The notes beneath the pieces were generated by a model that did not search any database, had not been told where the DNA came from, and worked only from the letters and a program-made list of their open reading frames with translations. DNA of 64,000 nucleotides from Candidatus Latescibacterota bacterium. Lineage in GTDB: Bacteria > Latescibacterota > UBA2968 > GCA-2709665. A program made the translations under genes and the position numbers. Location of the stretch: assembly GCA_965226795.1 (NCBI GenBank), contig CBDDDZ010000005.1:2240001-2304000 (forward strand), in the 5' to 3' direction. Below are positions 28,805 to 39,320 of the stretch, one piece after another (the stretch's first letter is position 1; the number at the start of each line of letters is the position of its first letter).

Positions 28805-31229
28805 TCAAGGAGTTAGCGTCTGGACAATACGGAAACCGATGGTGTAGTACCGCCTCTCAACGGTGCCCCTGCCACGGATCGCGGAACGAAGGATCCAGGG
28901 CTTACCGCTCCACGCGCCGCCGCGCAAAATGTGACGCGAGCAATCGCCGCTCACCCAGGCGGTGCCGTCCGGCGGCGCGCCCAGGTAACTGGTGGTCCAG
29001 CAGTCCTGCACCCATTCAGATACGTTGCCGTGCATATCATGAAGGCCCCAGGCGTTTGCATTGAAGGAACCCACTGGAGCCGTACTGGCAAGCAACCCGT
29101 CCCACTGGCTTCCACAGCCATCGCAGTTAGCCCGGTTGTTCCCGATGTCATCCCCCCAGCTGTACCTCGTCGTCGTGCCCGCACGCGCCGCATATTCCCA
29201 CTCCGACTCGCTCGGCAATCGGTACCGTTTCGATCCCTCCATCTCGTTGAGCTTACTGATAAATACTTGCGCATCGTTCCACGAGACCTGCTCTACGGGG
29301 CAATCCGGGCACCCCTTGAAGTGTGACGGGTTGCTTGCCATTACGGCCTCCCACTGCGCCTGCGTCACCTCGTACTTCCCTATGTAAAATCCCTGGTGGA
29401 TGCGTACCTCATGCACCGGACCCTCGTCCGATTCACGATGCACCTCGGACGGAGGGGACCCCATTTGAAACGCCCCCGGCGCAATCCACACCATCTTCAG
29501 CGATGCGCCTCCCGGGAGGGTTACGGCGCCCATACCCAATACTTCTGCCTGTAACCGCCTTTTCCAACCCGTTTGCCCGGTCGAACACCCGCAGAGTCGC
29601 TGTCTGGCCGCTGTCCCCGACTGCAATCGCCCACGCCATCGCACCATCAACCGAATCTGACTCGATCGAGACGATTTCGCTATCACTCGACTCCCAGATA
29701 TACTGTGGAGTCTCGGTCCCGAGGTACGTCACGGCCCGAAGGCGCACCGTATCACCTTGGGCAATCCTCAGTTCCTGTAGCCCATCGGAATCGGAACAAG
29801 GGAATGAATTGACGAACACGCCCTGCCGCACCGAACAAAAGTTCCTGCTATTGAAGCCCCACCTGATCGCGGAATTCAGCTGGTTCCCCTTCACGCTCAA
29901 TGCCAGCGTATGATTCCTGTCTCCCCGCTTTGGACTCAGGTAATTTAACTGGTAAAAGCTGTCCACCAACAATCCGATCTCGGTCTGGATCTCGCTAAAC
30001 TGGCCGGCCAGTTCGCTGACATCGATGAGCTTGAAAAACCCAGCATTGCCAAGCTGCCGCAGAACCTCCGGGTCAATCTCGTCCCCCAAGCCGATTGTGT
30101 ATATATTCCTATCCCCTCGCGCCGAAAGCGCTTCTGCGAGGGTATGGGATCCCTGTGTGTCGCTACCATCGGTCAGCATGACCAGGAACCCCTTTTGGAC
30201 TTCGTCTGTCGTATAGATATCCGTCCACCGCTCCATTCCGGCAATTACACTACCGTACAGATTGGTGGTGGAAAAGCCCAGACGGATCTCCCGTATCGCG
30301 TTAATCAAAGCCCCGGCCTCGCTGGTGAAATCCTGCAAGAGCACCGGCGTTTCAGAGAATTCGTAAAGGGCGATCTCTTGATGCTCGGTCATGTTTTCCA
30401 CTAAAGTGATCGCCGCTTGCTTGATCTGCTGCAGGTGTTGCTTTACGCTCGTGCTGGTGTCGAGCATCAGAACCGTCTTCACCCGGTAGGTGCGGGGAGT
30501 CGCCTTCCACTTTTGAACGCGCAAAGCCGACTCGGCAGGCGAAACCGCCTGATCGTCCTCGCGCACTTCGAAATGGCCGGCGGTCAGAGATGTCACCCCC
30601 CTATTGTCGGAGTCGAGCACTTGGAATAGAACATTGACAAAGCTGGGCAATTCGGTCGTGATCTGGTGCCCGATCAAATTGAACCGGAATGCTACCACCC
30701 TTACGGTAATGGTCTCGGCGGCTGTCCCACGCCGCCCATCATCTACCGTGAACGTGATGCGGTGCGTGTCGCCTTCGCCGCTCGATGGGGTCCAGCGGAA
30801 GGTGTTCCCGGACAGCGACGAGGCCCCCGGATGCCCGTTCACACGGAAGGACAGGTCATCGTCGTCCGGATCGGAAGCGACAAGCGTTATGGTCAACGTA
30901 ACGCCCATTGGTACGCCCTGGTCGCCAATCCGCTCCAACACTGGCGGCTCGTTGGGAACGGCACTTTGACCAAAAAACCCGGCGAACGCCAAAAAATCTG
31001 AAAAATCCACCTGTCCGTCGCTATCCAGATCGTACTTCGCTTCGTATCCGTCATCGCCTCGACTGGTCCCAAATTTACCTGCGAACGACAGAAAATCGCT
31101 AAATCCGACTTGGCCGTTGTCATCAAAATCCGCATCCGCCGCGGTCTGGGCATAAACGAAAGCGATCCCTCCGAAAATAATTCCCATCACTACCAACAAT
31201 CCACCGACAGTACCCTTCGTGAATTTCAT
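28805..31229 (-). pseudogene. Secreted multidomain protein: dockerin-like EF-hand, cadherin/Ig-like, vWA, Ig-like and FGE-sulfatase (SUMF1); frameshift near 29550
   Basis: Signal peptide; ADFDDNGQVGFSDFL repeated twice; LDTSTS MIDAS and TDG; GKYEVTQAQW, RLPSESEWEYAAR and DMHGNVSEW. Confidence 0.8.
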
Positions 31230-31559
31230 TGCTTTGTCCCCGCCGATTGGGGAATTCCCCATTCCTGATCGCACTCTACACGAACATTCAACTGTCCATC
31301 TCCAAACCTGTGGAAATTCCAATAAACGAAATTTCTATCAACTCTCACGATGCGCCCAGACCAACCCACAACAATCGGAAATATACCTATTCGGGACTAT
31401 TCTGATTGCTTTCTGACTTGAAACCTAGTTCTACGCAAGAAAACCTTCAATGGTGAGTGGCTGCGTCAACTTCCGATTATCGGCTTTCAATTTCCCGCTG
31501 CTCACGACACCCCAACTGTTGCCTGAAGTGGATTCTCCCTCCGTCGTCGAACAAAGCTA

Positions 31560-32345
31560 CTACCGGCGCTTCAGGAGGAATATCAGCTCGGGCGTATCCG
31601 GCCCTATCGGCTTTCGGTCAAACGATCCGTATTCTATCACGCTCTCAAGACCGACAGCGTAGAAAAGCGCTTTGAGGTGAGGATAGGTGTAGACGCTCAT
31701 CTTGAATGGCTCAGCTTCCTCGGATAGAACCTGATCATCCTCGCACAGCCGGAAAATGAAGGTGCCGGAAAAAACCAGATTGACCGGGTCGAACCCGTCC
31801 TTTACAAAGTACCGCCGGAGCACTCGATCCGTCCCATCCCGTGCCGGCCACTCCAGCTCCAGAAGTTCCTCGCCGGCGCCCGACACAAGCTTGTCGAAAC
31901 GGGGATTGAATACGTCAAACGCGAGGATCCCGCCATCCGCCAGGTGTCTCCGGGCGTTTTTCAGGGCCGCCAGTTGATCGTCTATCGTGTACATATGCTG
32001 CATGGGTCTGAATGGGATCACGACCAGGGGATATTGATCGCCAAGACAAAGGGTCCTAAAATCTCCCTCTACAACTCGTACTCTGCGTTTTACGGCGGCA
32101 GATTCGTCGGCGAGCTTTGCCCGCAGGACCTCCAGCATCGCGCGAGATGCATCTATCCCCGTGACGTCAACACCCTGCCGCGCAAGCGGCAAAGTGATTC
32201 TACCGGTCCCGCAGCCAAGCTCGAGTACAGGTCCGCCATACTCCTTGGCCAGATCCAGATAGAATTCCCTGTCAACCAGGTCTTCCTTGGCGCTGTACGC
32301 GGCGTCGTAGTGCTTCGCTGCCAAACTGTAGGAATCATCAGTCAT
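31560..32345 (-). CDS. Class I SAM-dependent methyltransferase
   Basis: VLELGCGTGR motif I. Confidence 0.9.
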   Translation of the reverse strand: MTDDSYSLAAKHYDAAYSAKEDLVDREFYLDLAKEYGGPVLELGCGTGRITLPLARQGVDVTGIDASRAMLEVLRAKLADESAAVKRRVRVVEGDFRTLCLGDQYPLVVIPFRPMQHMYTIDDQLAALKNARRHLADGGILAFDVFNPRFDKLVSGAGEELLELEWPARDGTDRVLRRYFVKDGFDPVNLVFSGTFIFRLCEDDQVLSEEAEPFKMSVYTYPHLKALFYAVGLESVIEYGSFDRKPIGPDTPELIFLLKRR

Positions 32346-32423
32346 TGTGAGTTGCCTATCGTGCTGTCAGGGTCTGTCCATTTGTTGTAGCGGTGTGCCG
32401 GTCTGCGATCCCGGAACCAGGCT

Positions 32424-32511
32424 GCTGACCCTGAACCCTGAGCTTGCGGTCCCTGAGCCTGCGGTCCCTGAGCTTGTCGAAGGGTCGAAGGGCAGTCGAA
32501 GGGTGTCGAAG
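32424..32511 (+). repeat. REP-like repeat with internal 15-bp tandem duplication
   Basis: GCGGTCCCTGAGC(C/T)T twice, then GTCGAAGGG units. Confidence 0.75.
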
Positions 32512-32545
32512 CCGGGCACGGGATCTTTTTCGCTGGCTGTTTCAC

Positions 32546-33358
32546 TCATGCCGTGCCAACGAGTTTCTCCCTCAGTTTGACCGCAGTCTGGTACGCATCG
32601 GCAAGAAACTCAGTCGGCGGTTGAGCGCGATCCCGGGGCACGGCCTCAATCATGACTGGACCATCGTACGATGTGGGATATCCTTTCGAAACTGCATCCC
32701 AATCTACGATTCCTTTCATCGGCAACCAGTGAACGTCGACCTGTCCGTCGGTGTCTGAAAAGTGCGTTGTGATGAGACGCTTCGCCCACTTCCCAAGTAC
32801 AGCGGTGGGAGTGCCGGAATGCAGATAGTCGTGTGAGCTATCGTAGCACAAGCCCAGGCTCTCCAGGGGTACTTCATTTAAGATGAAGTCCAGGTGAGTG
32901 GTTGCCCTTGTATTCTCAAGCGCCAATTTGATTCCAGCGTTTGCTGCCTCCTCGCCCAACCGTTGAAAAATCTCCAGTCCTTTCACGTGAGGCGGAGGCG
33001 GTGTTGGTCCCCTGGTTACGTGAAGCACAATGGACGAAATCATATGCCGACTGCAGTATTCAATCAACTCAAGGTTCTCATGAACCAATGCATCGCGTTC
33101 GCTGGGCTTGTCAGACCAGAAAGCATTCGCGGTTTCGAATGTTGCGTGGGCGTGATCCACCTTAAGCCCGGCATCGGCAACCATTCCCGGCATTTCGTGC
33201 GCACGACCGGATTCCACCATGGGTTCCTGGCTACCCATCCACAAAAATGTGTGACTGAAACCACTCTGCCTGATCAGACTCAGGCGCTCGGTAAGAGGCA
33301 GTTCGTAGCCGAACCAGACAAATGTGCCGAGGGAGGCCTCGGCTCTACCGGAAGTCAT
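32546..33358 (-). CDS. Sugar phosphate isomerase/epimerase (xylose isomerase-like TIM barrel)
   Basis: LALEN, CYDSSH, THFSD, HWLP.KG.VDW and MIE motifs. Confidence 0.87.
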   Translation of the reverse strand: MTSGRAEASLGTFVWFGYELPLTERLSLIRQSGFSHTFLWMGSQEPMVESGRAHEMPGMVADAGLKVDHAHATFETANAFWSDKPSERDALVHENLELIEYCSRHMISSIVLHVTRGPTPPPPHVKGLEIFQRLGEEAANAGIKLALENTRATTHLDFILNEVPLESLGLCYDSSHDYLHSGTPTAVLGKWAKRLITTHFSDTDGQVDVHWLPMKGIVDWDAVSKGYPTSYDGPVMIEAVPRDRAQPPTEFLADAYQTAVKLREKLVGTA

Positions 33359-33477
33359 GAATTGTTCTTCTCATCATATTGCGCCTGACCGCGCATTAGG
33401 GAACAGATGCAACAATCCAGACCAGATCTGAGGAATCGTGGCGAGCGTCGTCGAAAAAGCTTTTGCCGGCATGCGGG

Positions 33478-33870
33478 TCAACCCACCGGGCCAGCGTCCG
33501 CGAGGGGTTGCTCCCGCGCTGCACGTCGGAATAACCAGGACGAAACGACCCACAAAGCAATGAAGAACCCGTTCAGACCGAGGATCTCAAGCGGCCCGCT
33601 CGCGGGGTACCCCAACCTGCCAATTAGCGCGACCGCGGTGACCAACGCCTGGGCGAGCGCCGTCGCGAACAGTGCGAGTGCCATTCCCCGAGGCTGGAAG
33701 CGCGCGGTGACGGCACCGATGATTCCGACGGCGAGTACCCCGAAATACATCAGGTTTGCGTCGTTGTTCTCGGATCCGATCATGCCGACTGCGCCATTCA
33801 CCCAGAGGAGGATGACCGCTGTCGCGAGCGCGATGCCGATGGCAAATCGGTAGGGATTACACGTAGTCAT
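33478..33870 (-). CDS. Small membrane protein (about 4 TM segments)
   Basis: Hydrophobic 130-aa ORF with AGGAG RBS. Confidence 0.75.
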   Translation of the reverse strand: MTTCNPYRFAIGIALATAVILLWVNGAVGMIGSENNDANLMYFGVLAVGIIGAVTARFQPRGMALALFATALAQALVTAVALIGRLGYPASGPLEILGLNGFFIALWVVSSWLFRRAAREQPLADAGPVG

Positions 33871-33990
33871 TGCTTCTCCTATCGTCCCGGCGGGGTTGTT
33901 TGACCATCAGGAGTTTCGGATTCCTGGTTACGATACACTGTGCACACGGAATGAGCCGAATCCTCAGCCTTTTTCGGCGTCGATATTGCC

Positions 33991-34146
33991 GCTGACGTTC
34001 CCGAGCCCCTGCAAAAACCCCGAGCTGGGCCGCTGAGCCTGCGCCCTGAGCCGCTCCCTGAGCTTGTCGAAGGGTCGGCGAAGGGTGACGATGAGTTGCC
34101 GGAGGCCTGGGTGCCGCAGGCGCTTAGTGGTAACTGGTTGTTATAG
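33991..34146 (-). other. attC-like frame containing a REP-like element
   Basis: Minus-strand CTATAAC about 9 nt after the GNAT stop and a distal GTCAGC box; REP copy at 34015-34086 lies between them. Confidence 0.4.
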
Positions 34147-34154
34147 GCAACGGA

Positions 34155-34649
34155 TCACCCACATCTCAAATGCTTGATCATGATCAGGCAGGGGTTCTCC
34201 TCGCCCCATAGGTTCGTTTCCTCAATGGGCCGGAAACCAGCGGTCTCATAGAATGCGCGGGTCTGCGCATAGTGTGCAGACGGCCTGGAGGGGCCGAGCG
34301 TTTTGACTTCCAAATATTCCACGCCCAGGGAATTAAGGGATTGTTCCACGTGGTTTACCAGGTTTCGCCCAATACCCTTCCTGTGAAAATCCTTCCTGAC
34401 GGCCATCACGTGAATTTCCGCCGTATACGGATTGTGCTGCTGAATCGTGATGAAGCCCACGACCTTCCTGTTCACTTCAACAACATATGAATCCATTGCC
34501 TTGATATCTTGAGAGTACTGCACAATCGACTCTTCAATGCCAAACCAATCGGGAAGGGATCGCATGATGGCTTCGCAGTCCGTTGCTTCTTCACCTGCCA
34601 GGGGGCGGATGACAAATGGTATTTCCTGCAGGTGGCTTCGTTTTTCCAC
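34155..34649 (-). CDS. GNAT N-acetyltransferase
   Basis: SLPDWFG, HRKGIG, LEVKTL and TRAFYETAGF. Confidence 0.9.
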   Translation of the reverse strand: MEKRSHLQEIPFVIRPLAGEEATDCEAIMRSLPDWFGIEESIVQYSQDIKAMDSYVVEVNRKVVGFITIQQHNPYTAEIHVMAVRKDFHRKGIGRNLVNHVEQSLNSLGVEYLEVKTLGPSRPSAHYAQTRAFYETAGFRPIEETNLWGEENPCLIMIKHLRCG

Positions 34650-34857
34650 AGTGGCCTTAAGACGTTAATCGGTAGTGGTGATTCCAGTTTCTATAACTTC
34701 CCGTCGGTTTGAGAACCCCGAACTCGGCCTTGGTGCCTGCACCCTCAGCCTTGCCCTGAGCTTTTACTCTAAGCCTGTCGGAGAGATGCAGAGGGCGTTG
34801 CCGAAGGCCCATGCGGCGCGCTACAGGAACCGGATGTCATGCGATGGGGTTCATTTC

Positions 34858-35661
34858 CTACGCGAGCGGCCGTCCCCAGGAAATCCGCGTTTGCAGATCG
34901 AAGCTTAGAATCCCGCCTTCGTCAGCGTACTCGAAGAGGATGCTCGATAGCTCGGCATCAAATGCCGCTGCATTGTCCTCCCCCATGTGTTTGACGGACA
35001 TGCTCTCACGCGAATGAAAGGATCCGACGTAGTCCCGAATCGATTGCGAGAAACGAACAGGCCTGGTTAGTTTGTCGTCCAACGGCTGGAAGTGGCCCCG
35101 GTCCTGAAGTTCCTGAATCAGGTCGATATCCTCATAGTGCGGGTTCGTCGAATACTTGCGAATCAACGCAAGTTCAGCTTCTCGCCAGGGCGGGGCCATG
35201 GGTCGATCTCCTTCGACAATGACGACGCACCCGCCATCCGACAACGCATTCTTGAATCTTGGAAAGACTGTCCTCCACTCCATCCAGTGAATACTTGCGC
35301 CCGCTGTCACCATGGAGTAGGGCGGGTTCAATTCCGCCTCCTCGACCCGTCCCTGGATCCATGTGAGGCGTGGATGGCCACCGTTGACCAGTGACTTTCC
35401 CACCCGAATCATCTCCTCTGAAAAGTCGATTGCATCCACACCTTCTGAGTATTCCACAAGCAACCGCGCGATCTTCCCCGGACCGCATCCGACGTCCAGA
35501 ACCCTGCCCGGAGACTCGCCAAGCAGAACCCTCAGTATTTCATACGTCTCTTCCGGATATGGTGGACGAAGTTCGTAGGCATCGGCCAGGCTCTTATGCT
35601 TGAATCGGCTCGCGTGATCATCCCAGTATTGCCGCGGCCTCGCGGAGATATCTGTGGCCAT
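34858..35661 (-). CDS. Class I SAM-dependent methyltransferase (copy A)
   Basis: YELRPPYP, VLDVGCGPG and SIHWME; paralog at 40575-41380. Confidence 0.88.
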   Translation of the reverse strand: MATDISARPRQYWDDHASRFKHKSLADAYELRPPYPEETYEILRVLLGESPGRVLDVGCGPGKIARLLVEYSEGVDAIDFSEEMIRVGKSLVNGGHPRLTWIQGRVEEAELNPPYSMVTAGASIHWMEWRTVFPRFKNALSDGGCVVIVEGDRPMAPPWREAELALIRKYSTNPHYEDIDLIQELQDRGHFQPLDDKLTRPVRFSQSIRDYVGSFHSRESMSVKHMGEDNAAAFDAELSSILFEYADEGGILSFDLQTRISWGRPLA

Positions 35662-35764
35662 CCTGACCGACCTTCCAATGTTTTTTGGATGGTCGACCCG
35701 ATTCGCGAGCGCCGTGACCTCGAAGGACGGCTGGGCGACATGGCGAAAGCCCAAACGGGCCGTG

Positions 35765-36018
35765 CCACAACGTTAGCCGATCGGCCGGCTCCACGTGCGC
35801 CGAGAGGAAAGACGCCTGTACGGGCTGCTCTCAGAGCGGCACGACCCAAATTTATATCCGGATAAATGGCATTATTCCTGCCTCGCCAATCCCAGATGAC
35901 GGCTCCGGATACGAGGGGAATATTCTCCCAGTTTATGGAATAATTCTGCAAAGCGAGGAGCTCAGCGCGCACACCGAGAGCTGATTCAAGACCGTAGAGA
36001 GAGCCGCCAGTTTGACCT
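35765..36018 (-). pseudogene. Internal fragment of P1/DmpA (S58) peptidase
   Basis: GGSLYGLE...IPLVSGAVIWD...YPDINLGRAAL...GARGAG. Confidence 0.55.
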
Positions 36019-36576
36019 TCACGAGCGCCGGGTCCGTTTCATATCATAAGCGAATTGGTATAGTTCCCCGAAGTCCGCCGACGCCGGGCCGAACAGCTCT
36101 GCCGCCTGTCTGAAATGGACGGCCCGAACTTCCACAATCCTGCTATGCGGATCCGGATCGGGTCTGTCCTCGGGTCTTCCAACCACATCCGCCCAGGAGA
36201 CGATTCGCACATGTACCGGGTGTGGGACATGGGGCAACCTGGGTCGGTCGTTTCGGGAAACGCAGTGATACATCCCGATCGGATGAAGTTTCCCCGGGAT
36301 GCTCCCGGTTTCTTCCAGCAGTTCGCGACGACCGGCCTCGCCCCAATTCTCGCCGGGTTCGAGGGTGCCTCCCGGCAGGACCCATTTCCCGTTCGCCCGC
36401 CGGGTCACGAGACATTCACTGTCCGAGACAAAGGGAATGATATAGGATGCGCCGCAAATGGTCGAAGCCAGTTCGTTTTGGAATCTGCGGAAGTGGACAC
36501 CGGGACGCAGCTGCTCCTGCTCCTCGCTCAAGACAAGGTATTTAGAGATGATCTTGTCGAAGTGCGTACGGTCCAT
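36019..36576 (-). CDS. NUDIX hydrolase
   Basis: PGGTLEPGENWGEAGRRELLEETG. Confidence 0.88.
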   Translation of the reverse strand: MDRTHFDKIISKYLVLSEEQEQLRPGVHFRRFQNELASTICGASYIIPFVSDSECLVTRRANGKWVLPGGTLEPGENWGEAGRRELLEETGSIPGKLHPIGMYHCVSRNDRPRLPHVPHPVHVRIVSWADVVGRPEDRPDPDPHSRIVEVRAVHFRQAAELFGPASADFGELYQFAYDMKRTRRS

Positions 36577-36654
36577 GTTCAGCCTGTGTCTGGTCATCCG
36601 GCGACGCGTCGTGCGCCTCAACGCTTGTCTAGCGCGTGATTTCCAAAGTTCATC

Positions 36655-37539
36655 TCAAAGCATTCCCATAACACGCTCAGCCCTGTTGTGGATTTCCCCA
36701 CTCTCTGCAAGTTTGAGGCTTTCCTCCGCCCAGGACGGAAATCTGGGCCGACGGAAGGCTTCAACGAGGGCATACAGGGGAGCCCTTACGTCGTCCAAGA
36801 CTTTCTCCCCGGGATCGGTCTCGCCGTATGCAGACCGGAATGCATCCGCAGCAACCGGGCCAAGAGAGCCCGTAACGTTTCTGTAATCCGAATACCGCAA
36901 TCCAATCCCCAGAAGATGATAGTCAAACACCACGGCGCTGATCGGCTTCACGTTCCGAGACAATGCCAGATTGGTCCAATGAAAGTCATTGTAAGTTAGC
37001 GTCTCAGCGGAAGTTATCGCGGCGATCCTGATTCTGTCGATATTGTCGGCGAGCGTGACCCACCTGGACTTATATGGGCCGCCAACCTTCGAGGCCACTT
37101 CCAGGATCGAAGCGGGCGAAATTTCGTCGATCTCACGCCGCATGAATAAATGCCCGTGCTGACGAGTCCAACCCCTCCAGTCTGCACCGTGGAGTGCTTG
37201 ATACCAGGCTGCTAGCGCGACGCCAACTTCCGGATTCCCGATATCCTCCTCACAGGCAAGCCTGAGATGTTCGCTGACGTCAAGATCCTCAAGCAGAAGT
37301 GCATCATTCGTACTCGAAATGACGCGAAGGGTCGGAATCCCAAGATCCTTGAGCATCGCATAGGCCCCGACTTCCCTCGACGCATCCGGATCTACGAATA
37401 CTTTCAGTATGTACGAAGAACCATCTAACGCGATCCGAAAGAGATGGCGACCAGGTTTCTTCCGGATTGGCTCGACTTTTTCCAAATGGGAGTCGCATAA
37501 CCCCGTCTTTGCCAGGGTAACGCACACATCGTCGGACAT
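36655..37539 (-). CDS. Aminoglycoside phosphotransferase-like kinase
   Basis: YILKVF, LLLEDL, YNDFHWTN and VFDY. Confidence 0.8.
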   Translation of the reverse strand: MSDDVCVTLAKTGLCDSHLEKVEPIRKKPGRHLFRIALDGSSYILKVFVDPDASREVGAYAMLKDLGIPTLRVISSTNDALLLEDLDVSEHLRLACEEDIGNPEVGVALAAWYQALHGADWRGWTRQHGHLFMRREIDEISPASILEVASKVGGPYKSRWVTLADNIDRIRIAAITSAETLTYNDFHWTNLALSRNVKPISAVVFDYHLLGIGLRYSDYRNVTGSLGPVAADAFRSAYGETDPGEKVLDDVRAPLYALVEAFRRPRFPSWAEESLKLAESGEIHNRAERVMGML

Positions 37540-37699
37540 CTTGATCAGCCTCTATACGTCGCCTTGCTCGTTGACCCTTTTTGCGTAGCGGAATTCACGG
37601 CGCTATTACCAGAAGCGGAAAATAGTTGACGTTTTTTCCTCTGCTATAGAGGAGGATGTAAACCATACGGTGTTCCCCGAACCTGTGGCCCGTAGCCCT

Positions 37700-37805
37700 G
37701 CCCTGAGCCGCTCCCTGAGCCTGTCGAAGGGTCGATGGAGCGAAGGGCTGACGAAGCATGTCGAGCGGATCCGGGACGCCAAAGGGGCCCTTCGACAGGC
37801 TCAGG
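37700..37805. repeat. Inverted pair of REP-like cores
   Basis: CCTGAGCCTGTCGAAGGG ... CCCTTCGACAGGCTCAGG. Confidence 0.8.
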
Positions 37806-37938
37806 ATAAACTCCGCGACGCAGCGTAACACGGTACTGTCAGATATCGCTGTGTGTGTCCAACAGGTCTTCACTTTGCCAATTTACTTCGAAGATCATGA
37901 GTTGGAATGGCAGTCGACATCATTGGCATTCAACGGCA

Positions 37939-38376
37939 TCAAAGCCGTTGCTGTTGCTTGAGTTCGGGGACGATGTACTTCCGCAAGATAGGATTCAGTG
38001 GATATTTCCCTGATTCGAGATCCTCCATAGATGCCCAGGCGATCTCGAGCACCTCGTCCTGGTCCGGAACAGGTTCTCCCTCAAAACCTGCTACGTATGC
38101 TCGAACTCTAACCCTGTACCTCTCACCGGTTTTCGAAGGGTAGGCCAGACGCTCGTATTCGCCGAAGAATTCAGGATCCGTGGTCGTAATGTTGAGCTCT
38201 TCCATCAGTTCTCTCCGCAACGAATCCAGATCCGACTCACCGTCCTCGAGCTTTCCGCCGGGCAAGAGGTAATCCTGGATGCCATCGCACTTCACAAGCA
38301 AGAGGCCATCCTGCGTAATCAGAATCCCCGAGATGCGAACGATCGTCTTCATTCTTTCCTTTACCAGGTCTGGCAC
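37939..38376 (-). CDS. NUDIX hydrolase
   Basis: PGGKLEDGESDLDSLRRELMEEL. Confidence 0.88.
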   Translation of the reverse strand: MPDLVKERMKTIVRISGILITQDGLLLVKCDGIQDYLLPGGKLEDGESDLDSLRRELMEELNITTTDPEFFGEYERLAYPSKTGERYRVRVRAYVAGFEGEPVPDQDEVLEIAWASMEDLESGKYPLNPILRKYIVPELKQQQRL

Positions 38377-39216
38377 TCAAATCAGACCGCTCTTTTTGAA
38401 CAGAAACAGGGCTTCCACGGTAAAACTCGCTCGGTGTTTTTCTCCATGATTTGTGATCCAGCCCCCATCACTTTGTTGATTGCTCTTCACCCTGGCAAGT
38501 GACAATTCAAAGAGGTCTTCCGCAACATTACCGGCAAGAAGGCTGGCGTAGGCAATCGAGATTATGTCTCCAGGATCTGCCTCGTCTCTCTCCACAGCCT
38601 CATACAGCCTCTTCTTACATCCTCTGATAATCTGCTCATCTGTCCCACTGCCGGACCCTTGTAGACGAAACAGAGGCATTGCCATCCAATGCGTGTGCGC
38701 GTAGTCTGGAAATCTCTCGCCGTTCCATCCCCGTCGGACGAATTCCAGTACTTTTGTAAAATCCACTTGATGTGCCTGGCCTAATTCCTTCAATTTGCAG
38801 CATATTGCAGAGGTCAACCACACCTGGTTCCCGTAGCGGCCTGGCAACATCCAAAAAGGTGGGTTGAAACTGACAATCTCTTCTGGCTCATCCCAGCATC
38901 CATCTTCACGCTGGGTCCTTCGGAGAAAGTCCAGCGTGTTCAGTAGCACAGAGCTTTTCCGATCTCCAATCCAGTTCAACCATTGCAGCGTGACAAATGT
39001 TGCGGTGATGATGGACAAATCTCCCTGAAAATCCTTGTCAGTTCTGGTCCAGCCACCATCCTCTCTCTGATTGATCCTGAGAGCTTCGATTGCCTCCTCA
39101 CGACTGCAATCGCCAGTTGCATATTTGGCTAAACCTGAAAGAACGGGATCATTCGCGTTAAGAACGAAAGTCATCGCTCTGTCCAGATCAACGGTGCTCA
39201 TTATTCTTTCCTCCAA
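38377..39216 (-). CDS. Prenyltransferase/squalene cyclase repeat protein
   Basis: Repeated QxxDGgW motifs (QREDGGW, QREDGCW, QQSDGGW). Confidence 0.78.
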   Translation of the reverse strand: MEERIMSTVDLDRAMTFVLNANDPVLSGLAKYATGDCSREEAIEALRINQREDGGWTRTDKDFQGDLSIITATFVTLQWLNWIGDRKSSVLLNTLDFLRRTQREDGCWDEPEEIVSFNPPFWMLPGRYGNQVWLTSAICCKLKELGQAHQVDFTKVLEFVRRGWNGERFPDYAHTHWMAMPLFRLQGSGSGTDEQIIRGCKKRLYEAVERDEADPGDIISIAYASLLAGNVAEDLFELSLARVKSNQQSDGGWITNHGEKHRASFTVEALFLFKKSGLI

Positions 39217-39320
39217 CTGTCATTTGAACCGGATCGCGGCAGGTCGAGTCTGACGCAAATTTGCTCGGCGACAGGATAAGATGGGCGCGTCGAACATCGA
39301 CAGACAATTGAATACCCGGG

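Noticed and set aside
32424..32511. Short tandem repeats as a CRISPR array
   Set aside because: There are no regular unique spacers and no cas genes; the units belong to the dispersed REP-like family.
35772..35778. GTTAGCC as an attC box
   Set aside because: It lies in the DmpA-like coding fragment and has no clear hairpin partner.
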